Assembly (NCBI GenBank): GCA_024137785.1
Contig: JAHRHZ010000004.1
Location: 22,588,005 to 22,652,004 of the forward strand
Reading direction: 5' to 3'
Length of the DNA: 64,000 bases
DNA from: Ginglymostoma cirratum
Taxonomy: Eukaryota
In this document: one piece after another, positions 24,263 through 37,101 of the stretch
Position numbering within the stretch: position 1 is the first letter of the stretch
How the letters are laid out: each line of letters opens with the position of its first letter
Notes under the pieces: generated by a model
Seen by the model: only the letters and a program-made list of their open reading frames with translations
Told to the model about the DNA's origin: nothing
Database searches by the model: none
Program-made: the position numbers and the translations under genes

Positions 24263-25037
24263 CTTCTATCAGGGCTGCAATGTAAGAAGAGCCTGTATAC
24301 ACCCATCACAGTGAAGTAAGGTACAGTTAAGGTTAGCCAGCAGGAATTCTACCAACATGAACACAACTCTATTCTTTGCTTGTTTTTACAGATTTGCACA
24401 TACCAGTCGCTGATAAAATGCAGCAGTCCCTTTTACATTATGAGCTTGGAGTGGTTATAACTGCAGAACACACAGTCTTGCTCCATTGTTGAGACAATGC
24501 AATCCTCCTGCAAGTTGCTATGGATACCACACATTCGGAAGTCGAAGAGGTAAATGCTGCTGTGTTTTGAATATTTCCAAAGTAATCATTTACTCCATAC
24601 GTCCTTCAGATTGGGAGCAGGTTACAAGGGCTTATTTTCAGTTTCTCACTGTGCCCTTGGCCTCAAGTGTTCTTCTGCAGAACTAAACCAAGGGGCTGGT
24701 GAATGGAGACAAAGTGAGGTTGTCTTCTTAAGCCTGTTTGATTCTGTGCTGGCAATACAGAAATCTTGGACAAGGAGGTGAAATAACTCAGCCTGAGCTC
24801 CTGGCTACTATCCATTGCCTCCAGCTAATAACGACAAGTGGTGAGGAGAGCGGGCTACAATTAGCTTCGGATTTAATGGCTCTCCCCACGTTAGAATAAT
24901 CCAAATAATGTCCCCAGAAGGGGCAACGTGCAAACAAAACCTGTCTTCGGCCAGCATATGGTGTAGTAGAGCAGAAATGAAACAGCAGATAGGAGAGGTA
25001 GCAAGGAAGTGAGAAAGGAAATTAAACACTGAATCAT

Positions 25038-25166
25038 TTCTGATGAAGGGTTTAGGCCCGAAACGTCAAGTTTTCCTGCTCCTATGATGCTGCTTGACCT
25101 GCTGTGTTCATCCAGCCCCATGCTTGTTATCTCGGATTCTCCAGCATCTGCAGTACCTTTTATCTC
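25038..25166 (+). mobile_element. Solo ~130-nt PLE family A unit with intact minimal hammerhead core and 15-bp TSD
   Basis: CTGATGA-AGGGTTTAGGCCC-GAAAC-GTC at 25040-25067; perfect TSD taaacactgaatcat at 25023-25037 and 25167-25181. Confidence 0.85.
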
Positions 25167-25274
25167 TAAACACTGAATCATCCCTGATCAGCTAACAGCT
25201 GTTTGAGAAGAGTCTATAATCCACACCATTCACTCGAGTTAAACTAACCTCAGTAGGTGAAAAGTGCATAGAAG

Positions 25275-25620
25275 GGGCAGCACGCTGGCTCAGTGGTTAG
25301 CACTGCTGCCTCACAGCACCAGGGACCCAGGCTTGATCCCACCTTTGGGCAACTGTGTGGAGTTTGCACATTCTCCCCATGTCTGCGTGGGTATCCTCTG
25401 GGTGCTCTGTTTCTTCCCACAGTCCAAAGATGTGCAGGCTAGGTGGATTGGCTGTGCTAAATTGCCCGTAGTGTTCAGGGACATGCAGGCTAGGTGGATT
25501 AGCCATGGGAAATGCAGCGTTACGAGGATAGGGTGGGTCTAGGTGGAATGCTGTTCGGAGGGTCAGTGCAGAGTCGATGGGCCAAATGGTTTGCTTCCAC
25601 ACTGTAGGGATTGTATGATT
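25275..25620 (+). mobile_element. HE1-like V-SINE, full length
   Basis: gggcagcacgctggctcagtggttagcactgctgcc ... gcttccacactgtagggattgtatgatt. Confidence 0.85.
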
Positions 25621-28400
25621 ATACTCAGCAGGATGGTGTGGACACAGAATTGGGCTTAGAGCTTTGAAGTAAGGAAATGATCAGAGGCTTTTTGAATCTG
25701 TTGTTGCAGACGACGAATGGAAATGAACTTGAAGCAGGTGAAGACAGAGTAATGAAGTAGCTAATTACATTCCCAAATGGTGGGTTCATCTAGGACGACA
25801 AACTATTCAGGAGTAACAAGGAAAAATGTTCTGAGTCCCTTTGTCTGATATAATTCACAGCAATAGGAACAGGAGGTAGGCAAAGAAAAATGTGTTTGAA
25901 CAATGTGATGCAACAGGCAGGGATGGTACGTCATCTCTCCTCATCTTTATCCCTCCGCTCACAGCCTCAGAGCTGCATATTAATAAAAGAAACTGTCGAA
26001 CCACAGTTTATTTACTCCCTGATATTACCCTCAATACTATGTGCAGTCAGTCTGCGCTCACATTCTGTAGATTGATTTGTGCAATGAATGGTTTCCATTA
26101 ATCACCTCAGTGAATGCGGTAACATTGATCCCAGTTAGGGCTTTCTGGTTACTGAGTTGAAGAACACTGGGGAGATTTGAAGATGCTCTTTTCTCAGCTG
26201 TCACTCAGGTTTACAGCAGTCTGTAGGCCGTTGCTTTGCTGCTTATTTTCTCTCTGCAGTCCATTAATGTTAACAGTCAGCTTCCCAATGGGAACCTCCC
26301 GAACCGGATTCCAATTATGGCCTACTTATAGGCAGGCCCTTGCCTTGTTGTTTACTGACACTTCATCCCGCATGGTTTTCTTTGGCAGTTTTGTTAGTAA
26401 TTATCTACCTTGTCATCTACACTCCACAGGAGAAGGACAAGTCTCATTCAGTCTGGGAAATGTGTTGCTTGTATTATTCTGAACTACACACAAGCCATCT
26501 AACCAAGTGAGCAAACCAACCCCTAACCCCAGGGTTATATTGGGTTCTTGTAAGTTCAACTCAGATAGCTTCTAGTCGTAGGTGAGATGGTTACAAAAGA
26601 CAAATATTTAACGTGAGAGAAAAGAGTTTCAACACAGAGGTTAGAAGAATGGTGCTGGGAGTCTCTAGATCCCTTTTCCAAACCACCAATCATTCTTGGT
26701 TTTAAAAAAAAGGGAGTACAATTGTTGATTGTTTGTCACTGTTTAGCAACTGTGTGGAATGAACCGGGGAATGGTTGTGAAGAAAATCGCTTGCATTAAT
26801 TTGATGGACCAAATGGCCTGTTTCTGCACTAGGAAACATTCCTTGATCCTGTGAAGTTATACCGCATCACAGCTGAGGTATAGCATCAACACCTACGTTC
26901 CAAAAGTGAGGGTTTTACGGTGATATTGGATATGATCAGCAGTGGGAGCTTGGATTTGTAACCTCTCCAATCCAATGGTGTCCAATGCCTGGCCCAGGCC
27001 AGACCAACAATGGAGCTGGGAACTGTCCTGATCTATCTCAATACCATATTGACTGGCATCATTGCTGAACTGGCCAATGGGCAAAAAAGGCCACAGGGTC
27101 TAGTTACAAAAGGAAGTCTGTCATTTAAAAAAATACTCCAATCACACGCATACCGTCACCAGATAACAATGGACAAGGCAGGCCATTCAGCCCATCTGAA
27201 TCCAACCACCCTCAAACACCCCCCCAGTGATACAGCCAAAAGTTTCTCAAATGAGATTTGGCTTCTGGTGTTGTCCTTGGAATCTATTCCACACATTGAT
27301 CACCTTTTAGGAGTAAACTTGTCTTTGGACAGCTGCGCAGAATAGGAAAAAAACTGGCTGTCTGCCCTGATTTTCATGCTCATTAGTATGTTATTACACA
27401 AAGTCAAAATCACCTGCTTTCACATCAACAAAAGTTTCTTGACTGGTCTTGAATTCACTCTTCATTTCATTGAGGATGTTCTGTTTACTATCGAAATTCA
27501 ATTTGAACAAAAATTCCACTTTTATCCTTTCAATTTCTTTAACTACATTACATAACTGCAGAGATCTCCTTTCCCAGGCACCCCATCCTAGGTTGAAAAG
27601 CCCAAGTTTCCCTAGTCTTTCCTCATAAATTCAAACCTTTGACACTGGAAATCAGCCCCATGGCTCTTTCGCTGCAGTTCACAAGTGTCTAGATTAAATA
27701 TGGTTCCTCAAAATGGTCACAATATGCAACCTGCAGTTTGATCAAGGTCCTATACAGATTGTTCACTTCCTCTCTGACTTGCATTCTTCTGTATTATCAA
27801 CGTGGTTTTGCTGGTTGTTGCTCTGTAATGATTGGAAATGTCGAGTGCCAAGTCCAGAGGGATTGCTCGAATTCTAGATTATGTACATTGTTTTTTTTTC
27901 TTTGCATGCAATATTTTATTCCTGACTGCATTCTACCTTCAACCTCTACTGCTCTGACTGACTACATATTTTAACATAAATCACTGTCGTTTCTGTGGTG
28001 CAACCTCTGAACTCACCATTGCTCTTAGTTTGGCATCATCTACAATTTTTGCTAATGTGCTTCGAATTTCTCTAATTTAGATAAATGGGCTAAATTAAAT
28101 CAGGTTGAACAATAAGCCCTGGCCATCAACTCACGTCCCATTCACACAAACACTCAGTACTTCCTTGCACCTCAGTGCCACCATCACTCAGCCAGTTTCT
28201 AAATCTTTCTCACTCTCAGCGAATCCCCACCCACTCGGCATTTAACCAAAATCCTTTCATGTGGAACTTTTGCTACAGCCTATTGAAAATTAAGGTATAC
28301 CATATCACAGAATCAAACACTGCCCACTTCATTCCTCACCTCCTGAAAGAAGGTAGTCACAACGTTGATCAGCCTAGATTACCCAAGCCCCACTCCATTA

Positions 28401-28736
28401 GGGGAGGCAATGGCCTAGTGGTATTATTGCTGGACTGTTAATCCAGAGACCCAGATAATGTTCTGGGGACCTGGGTTCGAATCCTGCCATGGCAGATGGT
28501 GGAATTTGAATTCAATAAAATATCTGGAATTAAGAATCTAATAATGACCGTGAATCTGTTGCTGATTGTTGGAAAAACCCCATCTGGTTCACTAATGTCC
28601 TTTAGGGAGGGAAACAGCCATCCTTACCTGGTCTGGCCTACATGTGACTCTGAACTGCCCTCTGGGCAAATAGGGGTGGACAATAAATGCTGTCTAGCCA
28701 GCGATGCCCTCATCCCATTAATGAGTTAAAAAAAAA
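28401..28736 (+). mobile_element. tRNA-derived SINE, near full length (related minus fragments at ~8125-8345, 8575-8680, 10615-10780, 46510-46830)
   Basis: A box tggcctagtgg, B box ggttcgaatcc, A-tail ttaaaaaaaaa. Confidence 0.8.
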
Positions 28737-28934
28737 CTCCTTCTGAAAACACAGGAAATAGTTACTGCTTGATTGTTAAATCTCAAAATATCAACTTTTA
28801 CGGTCTGCATTATCCTCAACAGGCTTTGCATGTAAATGAATCAATTGGGGAACACAGGCGAATGAACGCTGGGGATCAATGGATTGAAAAAGAAAGGTGA
28901 TTTGGTGATCGGGGTAACAATGAACCTCAAAACG

Positions 28935-29055
28935 AGGGTCTTATGCAGCAAGGGTAGTATCTCTACCTCTGAGTCAGGAGGCCTGAGATTACACACCTCT
29001 GGAGCAGGTGGGGTTTAATAACATCACTGAACAGGTTGATTAGAAAGTATCTATA
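28935..29055 (+). mobile_element. Short tRNA-derived SINE family (other copies at 9170-9262 +, 16860-17130 - tandem pair, 49110-49218 -, 49740-49842 -)
   Basis: Shared ggtagtatctctacctctgag..aggcc..ggttcaagtcccacc...aacatc.ctgaacaggttgattagaaa. Confidence 0.6.
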
Positions 29056-29479
29056 CTTCAAAATGTTGTCTTGACGATATATTCAACTGTTGCACATAGA
29101 GTGGGAGACTTCATGAGTCTACAGTTGGCTGCATCGGTTTTGGTGCTGTTTTTCACACATTGCTTATATTAGTTATTGCCTTTTCTCATATGAATAGCAG
29201 GAAGGAATTGAAAATAACACCAATTATGTTGAAACAACAAGTTTGCTTTGGATTAATTACTGTAGGTACGGATGTTAATTCAGCTCAGAGTCCTGGATTT
29301 CTAGGCTGGAAGTCTACTAAGGTGTATTAGCCAATCCCAAAACATCACTAGAAGATATCACAAATGATCCTAGATCTCTTCACACTGTGATACAGTGTAA
29401 TGATCATCAGGAAACAAAAATACAGAGTTTCACATTGGCAAAAGTTCCCTTCTGCCTTTAGCAATTACACTTAGAGTTC

Positions 29480-29800
29480 TAGAGTCACATAGCATGGAAA
29501 CTTACCCTTCAGTCCAACTATTCTGAGCCAACCAGACATCCCAATCTGACCTCGCGCTGTTTGCCAGCATTTAGCCCATGTCCTTCTAACCCTTCCTATT
29601 CATATACCCATCCAGATGACTTTTAAACGTTGTAATCATGCCAGCCTTCACCACTTCCTCTGGCAGCTCATTCCATACACGCACCACCCTCTACATGAAA
29701 AAGTTGTCCCCCCAGGTCCCTTTTAAATCATTCCCCTCTCACATTAAACCAACGCCCTCTGATTTTGGACTCCCCTACCGCGGGGAAATGACTTTGGCAA
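29480..29800 (-). mobile_element. CR1-clade LINE 3' end
   Basis: Reverse complement of the 1850-2170 sequence. Confidence 0.8.
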
Positions 29801-31014
29801 CTCCTTGAGGGATTGGTGGGCCCTGACCAACACCAGGACCAGCTCAACTCCCAAACTGCACCCATGTGACTGATCTCCTCTGGAAAGACCCATTTGGCCT
29901 CAGTGCCCTTGTTCTAAGCCAGGGTTGGGCAGAAGGAAGAAAGCAGCCAGGTTTGCCAGTCCCAATGATCATCAACTGACCTCTGCTATAGAGGCCGTGT
30001 GTGAGAAGGGCAGGATCAGGATGGATCGGAGTGCTGCACACTGAGGACTCGCACTGGAAGAATGACTGGTGAGGCTGAGCCAGTGTATTCGGTGTAGGGC
30101 ATTGCCTTCAGTTGGAGAGGATCATTAGCTGGATGGCGTAAAACACAGGGAACACTCAGAGAAAGAATGAGGAAGAACAGGTAAAATGACACAGCCCGAT
30201 AACTTACTGTCAAGTAAGGCTGGCTACTTATATTTAATAAACAAAATTGCTGTGCAGTTACATGGGGTTAACTTGCTTGTATCATCTCACATTGATCATG
30301 TGCAATGTTAAAATGCTTCAGTAAAGCCAGTTGTCAGCAAAGAGGCTTCCAGAAGGAGGGGCGAATGTGCCTGGGAGTCTTGACTTACTGTCACTCCATG
30401 GCAGAGTGTGGATGGGCCACACTGCAGGCCAGCGAAGGAATCCTTTGCTACTATTGCATATCCTGAACCTCTGGCAGCCTCCTGCTTGCTGCTACTGAAA
30501 CAGAGGCCGCAGCTTGGAGGAGGAATGAGGCGACAGACCCCAAACAGGAAACTACACACCCCTCTGAGAGAGCTACATCCCTCTAATTCTAGTTTTGAGT
30601 AGCTTCAATTTTAATCCCTCCCTCACTTGTGGCATCCTTTCAGTCATCTCTACAATACCCTCCCTCCACTTCTCTTCCTGATTTTTATCCTTTAAGACAC
30701 ACCTCACAACCTGGCTGTTGACCAGACCTCTGGTCATACAATTTATGATCTAATATGTTCTAATGTCACTCAGTGTCACATTCTGCTTTATCATGTTCCT
30801 GGGATGCACCTCGTAGTGTTTTATTGCCATGAAGACAAAGTAATATAATTGGCTTTTAACCGTGCTCTCTTTGTTCTTGAAGGCAGTGAATCTTGCTGTG
30901 ATTTTACACTGTGACTTTGAACCACTTTCCAGGGACATTCATTACATGTGAGCCTGGACCATGAGGGCCAGTCTAACCTTGGTGAGAGTCTGATTGGAAC
31001 AAAATCAGAATCGA

Positions 31015-31285
31015 GGGCAGCATGGTGGCTCAGTGGTTAGCACTGCTGCCTCTCAGTGCCGGGGACGCAGGTATGATTCCAGTCTCAGGAGACCATCTGT
31101 GTGGAGTTTGTACATTCTCCCCGTGTCTGTGTGGGTTTCCTCCCATGGTCCAAGGATGTGCACGTTAGGTGAATTAGCCTGGAGAAATGCAGGCTTACAG
31201 GGATAGGGTGGGGAGGGCTGGGTCTGGGTGGGCTACTTTTTGGAGGGTTGATGCAGATTCAATGGGCTGAATGGCCTCTTTTCCC
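31015..31285 (+). mobile_element. HE1-like V-SINE
   Basis: Same head, core and tail motifs. Confidence 0.8.
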
Positions 31286-32934
31286 CTGCCAAGCCAGAAT
31301 ATGCCCTTAGTCAATGCTCATATTTATTTCCTCAAGTGAGTGCGAGTGGCAATCTGGAACAGGAAACTAGCAGATTTCTCTTCCCTTTGTACAACTCAGG
31401 CAAGAAAAATTCAGCTCCATAAGCCACCCTGAAGTTCATGTGCATCAGGTGAAACAGAGATTGCAATCCAACTTGTTGCATAGCCCTCATACAAGGCGGC
31501 TTTTGGGCTCACAGTTCAGTCCTGTTAAGAACTTGCAGAGTTCCAAGACTGCTGACTTTGCTCCATGGCCTTTCAACTGAACAATTGAATTTTGGTAGAC
31601 AACAGCTCAATACTGTAAGAGCTCAAACACTTGAGAAAAATTCAGCTCATTAAATTCACAGAATGAACCTTCGCAGCAACCCAACTATCCCAAGAATGTC
31701 TCCTGGAAGTGACAAATACCATCAAACTGGATCGCTCTGCTTTAAAAGGTTCCTGTGAACCTTTCCTCTTTGCACAAAAAGGGAAAATGAGGAGATTGAT
31801 GGGTACTCTTTACGAGACATCATCAGAGATTAAAGGAGCAGGCAGCTCTCAGAAGTACTGAGTTATTCTCCCCCTGCCCTCAATCCTCCTGCAAGTGTTT
31901 GCTAAAATATCGAATTTTTGCCTCCTGCAGACAGCGTAAAGACAGAAACGAAGAAGAATTGGCAACAATCTTCCAAACATGCCACCTTTTGTAGCTGTTT
32001 ACAACAAAATTACCATTTTCTCCCCCTACTTTTCCCCCATCTGAAGGCCTGGCTCTTACTAGGGGTGGTTCCATGAGCAAAGAAATCATGGCCACTTTTC
32101 ACATGAGAACTCACGGCTGTGGGGTTGGGCGTGAAATTTGACCATGGGAAGCATTACAGCTGAACCATACAATATTTTTACACAATGGCACGCGGATAAA
32201 AATACACTGAAAGGCAAACAAACACACTCTCATGCACTACCTCGCAACTCCAGTTTGATTTTTCCCACTTGGGTTGTCGAGTTGCTGTTCCTAATTTTAC
32301 AATCCCAGGTAAAATCTGCCATTGGAGCACACAGTCTGTACTTCTCTTTCACAAAGTAACCTCCAGGTTCCAGAATTGCAACACATAAATACCGACTCCT
32401 TTCAAAAATCAGTGCACTGGATTTGGGCTAATGAGGTTAAAGGTGCTTCGAGATTTAAAAGTTACAATCACTCAGTGGTCTCAGAATTACCCTCCTTTGT
32501 TTCCTTCCCTTAACTGAATTTACAGAGAAAGGTCAACATTAGATCAGGGAAGCTCTAGACAATTATTTGAGCTTAACAATCAAACAATTACCAACTCCCC
32601 CAGTGACAAGGATATTGTTCTGGATGGTTCCTGTTTTTAAATTGGTCAGTAGTGGCATTTTCTTATATTTACTCATGCGAGATGGGTATCACTGACCGGC
32701 CAGCATTTTATTGCCTGTCACTAGCTGCCCAGGAGAAGGTGCTGCTGAGCTCTGGTGACTCACACTTAGTGTGATATTTGTGAAGAATTATTGTCACACA
32801 AGAGCAACACCATGCAATATTCTTCACATCTTAAAATGTGCATTTTCAGTTTAAACTCAAAACAAGGCTCAACAGTTGTCCCAGCCAACTTCATTGCTTT
32901 ACAGAACAGCCACCTCTTCACTTATATACACTCA

Positions 32935-33266
32935 CAGAATCATTGGATCCCTACAGTGTGGAAGCAGGTCATTCGGTGCATCGAGTCCACAGCCACCTTC
33001 TGAAGGGCATCCCACCCAGATCCACCCTATCTGTGTAACCCTGCATTTCCCATGGTTAATCCACCTAGCCTGCACATCCCTGGACAATACGGGCATTTTA
33101 TCACGGCCAATCCACCTAGCCTTGCTCAGACTGCGGCAGGGAACCAGAGCACCCAGAGGAAACCCACACAGACACAGGAAGAAAGTGCACGCAGATAATC
33201 GCCTGAGGGTCGAACTGAACCTGGGTCCTTGGCACTGTGAGGCAGCAGTGCTAACCACTGAGCCCC
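32935..33266 (-). mobile_element. HE1-like V-SINE
   Basis: Reverse complement of head at 33215-33265 and tail at 32935-32975. Confidence 0.8.
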
Positions 33267-33610
33267 ATATACTGTTACATCCTCTTCTGAAGTAATCTGC
33301 TCCTTACGGGGACCTCAATCCAACTAGCAGCTTGTGTAGCAACTGGACAGTATGCACATTGTCCTTCACTCTCCAAGAAGGGTAAACGGCATTCTGGCCT
33401 CGCTCCATCAGCTAATGCTGCACTGACTCTTCACAGGGTTAAACGAATCAGAGGGTATGGGGAGGTAGCAGCAACAGAGTTGGATGATCAGCCATGACCA
33501 TATAGAATCACAGAGAAGGGCCAATGGGCCTAATGCATTCCTAATTTCTTTACTTTTCTACGGCTGGGAAGAAAACCTGTCGCACATATAAAGTGAAGCT
33601 ATTAACTCAC

Positions 33611-33802
33611 CCTGTAGGGCCTCTTTGGCTCGGGCCAGCTCCGTCTCCTTCTGAGCAAGCTGCACTTTCAGCTCAGTCACCGACAGGATTTCGGCCGATT
33701 TCCCTACATTCGAATCCTCCAGCTCCTTGGTCAGCATTTCCTTCATCTGTCGCAGCCACTGCACCTCCTCCTGGAGCTGGGAGACCTCCTCACGGAGAAG
33801 CA
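33611..33802 (-). CDS. KAZN: Kazrin coding exon (equivalent to human KAZN exon 2, coiled-coil)
   Basis: Translates (V)LLREEVSQLQEEVQWLRQMKEMLTKELEDSNVGKSAEILSVTELKVQLAQKETELARAKEALQ, closely matching recalled human kazrin LLREEVSRLQEEVHLLRQMKEMLAKDLEES...RVQLAQKEQELARAKEALQ. Pyrimidine-rich acceptor ctctttggtctgttgacAG| and donor CAG G|GTGAGT; 192 bp, phase 1/1. Confidence 0.95.
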
Positions 33803-35344
33803 CTGTCAACAGACCAAAGAGACAGCTCAGTACCAGACAAGAGACAGCTTGGCAAAAACACTGACTACCCATTCCCAGTCGAATGGGGAGGGGAGAGGGT
33901 GGGTGCAGGGCCCCACGGGAGAGATTGGAAAAGGAAGGCAAGGGCCTGAGGAAAGCTGAACAAGGGTCTCAACCTGAAAACAAAAAATACACCTGTTCTC
34001 AAAAATGGCTTGACATAAACTTCCCACCTCCGCCACTATCGACCCATACGTTAAAATAGCCTAGTAGCTACCGTTAGTACAGTTAGGAAAGAGGCCACTC
34101 AGCCTACTGAATCTTTCCTGGCCCTTTCAAAGAGTGAACCAGTGTCCCTCCGCCACCACCAACCCTGTTCCATCCCCACTTCACTGTAACTTCTCCTCCT
34201 CCATGTTTCCACCAGATTTTCGTTTTGAACCCTACTGCTCAATCTGTACCATGCAGGAGACTGGGCAGTGCTGCCCTGCATTTGGGAACGGAGAGAAAAG
34301 TTTTAAAATCCTCTGTGCACAAGACCAGTGGGGGGAAACGCAGAAAACTTACCTAAAGACCCGGGTCCCTGCTGATGTCACCAATTACAGACATACAATA
34401 CGCACAAAGTTACAACAAGGTTCCTTCATGTAACAGTCCAGACCATCCACATTGGCATCAGAACCAAACCAGGTCTTGGCTCGCACGTCAAAGAGATGGC
34501 CACATGAATAAATTTTAAAAGTTTTGCTCTCTATTCCCAAGTGGCATCGGAACCAAACCAGACCCAATTTCTCCCCCATTGGTTCTCGACTCCAGTGTTG
34601 TGCAGGCTGACCCCCTCCTTACCACTCACCCAATACTCTGCTCTTTGCACCCTGACTCGCCCAAGCCTTGTTAACCAATAATCCTGGTTCTCTATCCAGC
34701 AACATGCCCATTTTAAAAACAATCAACGTCGAGAACAAATTGTACCAGCTTCTCACCCCTTCCCCATCCCTACAACCTTCTCCTGCCCCATCGCCCTCCA
34801 AAACCCACATGCTCCTCTAGAAAGTTCCGAGTCTGGTAACATCTGTTGTTGCCATTGATGCCAAAAACCTGTTTTCCTCTGCCCTCTTGAATGCATCCAA
34901 CAGCAGCTCAGATATGAACCTTCATGGACTATTCGTAATGACTGCTGCAGCTGCAGTCCACAGAACGCCAATTACTGCATGTGAAACAACGTGAAACTTC
35001 CTGAGAGGTTTGAACGACATGACAAGATGCTCCAACAGTGAGAGTAGTGGTATACCAAACTTTGCAGTGTTAAAAATAATTCAGGAAATTTAAAAGAAAA
35101 GGACAGCGTCAGTTGAGAGGGACAGAAGAAAAACCACGACCCAGTTCCATTTTGTCTTAATAGCTGCTGCATCATCAGTAGATCGATAGGAGGTTGCTGA
35201 TGGAGCGAACTGGACTGTCACTGGTTGATATCACCACCTAGCAAACGCTTTTCCTGCGGGAGTCACTGGATAAAGCTGAGGAAAAGGTTTATGAAATCCT
35301 GTGGCTTCATCTTCACACCAACTGGGAGAAGCAAAAACTTCAAA

Positions 35345-37062
35345 CAAAACTTGCAGTGAGATGAAATTACTTCTCTCTCAGAAGGCTCGTGAATCAGTGG
35401 AATTCACTACCTCAGAGTGCAGTGGATGCTGAGACACTGAATAAATTTAAGGAGATGGACAGAGTTATAATTAGTAATGGGGTGGAAGAGTCATGGGGAC
35501 TGGGCAGGTAAGGGGAGTTGAGGCTGAGATAAGATCAGCCATGATCATATTGAATGGTGGAGCAGGCTTGAGGGGCTGAATGGCCTAATCCTGCTCCTAC
35601 CTCTATGTTCATACAATATATAAAAACAAAACAGCTTAGGAGCACCCAGAGAAACCCATCAGTTATAGAGTCATGGAGATGTGCAGCATGGAAACAGAGC
35701 CTTTAGTCCAACCTGTCCGTGCCAACCAGATATCCTCAACGAATCCAGTCCCATTTGCCTGCATTAGACCCATCTTTCTATAAACCCTTCCTGTTCATAC
35801 GCCTATCCGGATGCCTTTTAAATATCATTTGATACATTTGTACCAGCCTCCATCACTTCCTCTGGTAGTTGATTCAATACAAGCACCACACACTGCATGT
35901 AAAATGTTGCCCTTAGATCGCTTTCAATCATTTCCCTCTCACCTTAAACCTATGCCCTCTAGTTTTGGACTCCCTTAGCCTGGCTAAAAAGACCTTGTAA
36001 ATTTACCCTCTCCATGCCCCTCATGATTTTATAAACCGCTATGAAAGGTCACCCCTCAGCCTCCGATGTTCCAGGGAAAACAGCCCCAGCTTATTCAGCA
36101 TCAAAACGCTCCAACACCTTGTAAATCTTTTCAGAACCCTTTCAAGTTTAACAACACCTTTCCTATAGCAGGGAGACCAGAACTGACCAAGAAGCAAATG
36201 CGTGGAGTGATATCAAACCCGATTTATGAACAAACCTTGTGGCTTCGATAAAGCACCTTTCAGATTGCCTGTGGCATTGACACTTGTATTGCACAAAGCA
36301 GCTGCGTGCACAAAGACAGAGTTTGATTTGAAATGTAAACTGCAGCCTAGGAACTCCCTCAATGATCGCTGTGAGAGTCACAGCTGTTGGAGGTGGCTAC
36401 GGAAACAATGGCGCTAGATTGAATCAAAAGATTGGGATTACAAGGCACAGGGGTCATGGGAATTTTCAGCAATTAAAAGGTGTTTCTTTAAAAGGTGCGA
36501 CACAGCAGGCAGTGAGAAAAACAAGTGCTTGCCACAGATTCACCAGTAACCAGCCTCCATATCAGACCGTTAACTCTGTGTTTCTCTCTCCACAGATGCT
36601 GCCAGACCTGCTGAGTTTTCTCCAGCACTCTGTCACCTCAGTCTCAAATTCGTGCTCCTTTACTCTGAGGCTGTGCCCTCTTGTCCCAGGCTCTCCCACG
36701 AGGGGAAACAGCCCCTCAGCATTGACCCTGTCAAGCCCCTTAAGAATCCTACATCTTTCAACCAGATCACCTATCATTCTTCTAACCTTTGCTCATAAAA
36801 CAATCTCCCAGACCAAGGGCTCTCTTGTCAGAGCATTCCCACCGTCTGAGGCATCAAGGTGGCAAACCTTCATTGCAGTCTTACTATGGAAAGTACATGA
36901 GGTATGGAGACCAAAACTATCCACAACACCTACCTGTGGTCTCACCAAAGCCCTATACAATTGCAATTAGATTTACTCCATTAGCTTTTCTAATTATTTG
37001 CTGCATCTCTATGTTAACTTTCAGTGAGTTATGAGCAAGAACACCCAGGTCCCTTTCAGCAG
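35345..37062. mobile_element. Cluster of CR1 3' fragments (35345-35610 +, 35665-36190 -, 36650-37060 -)
   Basis: FSQ..VN.WNSLP, GLDRVNAEGLFPLVGE..TRGHSL and HER1 3' UTR motifs. Confidence 0.75.
36565..36630 (+). mobile_element. PLE family B terminal fragment
   Basis: gttaactctgtgtttctctctccacagatgctgccagacctgctgag; similar pieces at ~41755-41865, 47098-47165, 52125-52205 and 52615-52700. Confidence 0.65.
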
Positions 37063-37101
37063 GTTATTTAGAAGCAGACAAAAAGTTATATGCAGTTAAC
37101 T

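Noticed and set aside
28401-28490. tRNA gene
   Set aside because: The A/B boxes belong to a SINE head continuing into a body and A-tail; the same applies to the HE1-like heads.
1-33610. Kazrin exon 3 (AMKADRKRLK...)
   Set aside because: Not found by eye or in the ORF track. It probably lies beyond the left edge, though a tblastn search is needed to exclude it.
33558-33941. 127-aa single-exon ORF
   Set aside because: Only 33611-33802 is kazrin-like and bounded by splice sites; the rest is intron read-through.
36362-36970. 202-aa ORF
   Set aside because: A chimera of unique DNA, a PLE terminus and antisense CR1; no coherent domain.
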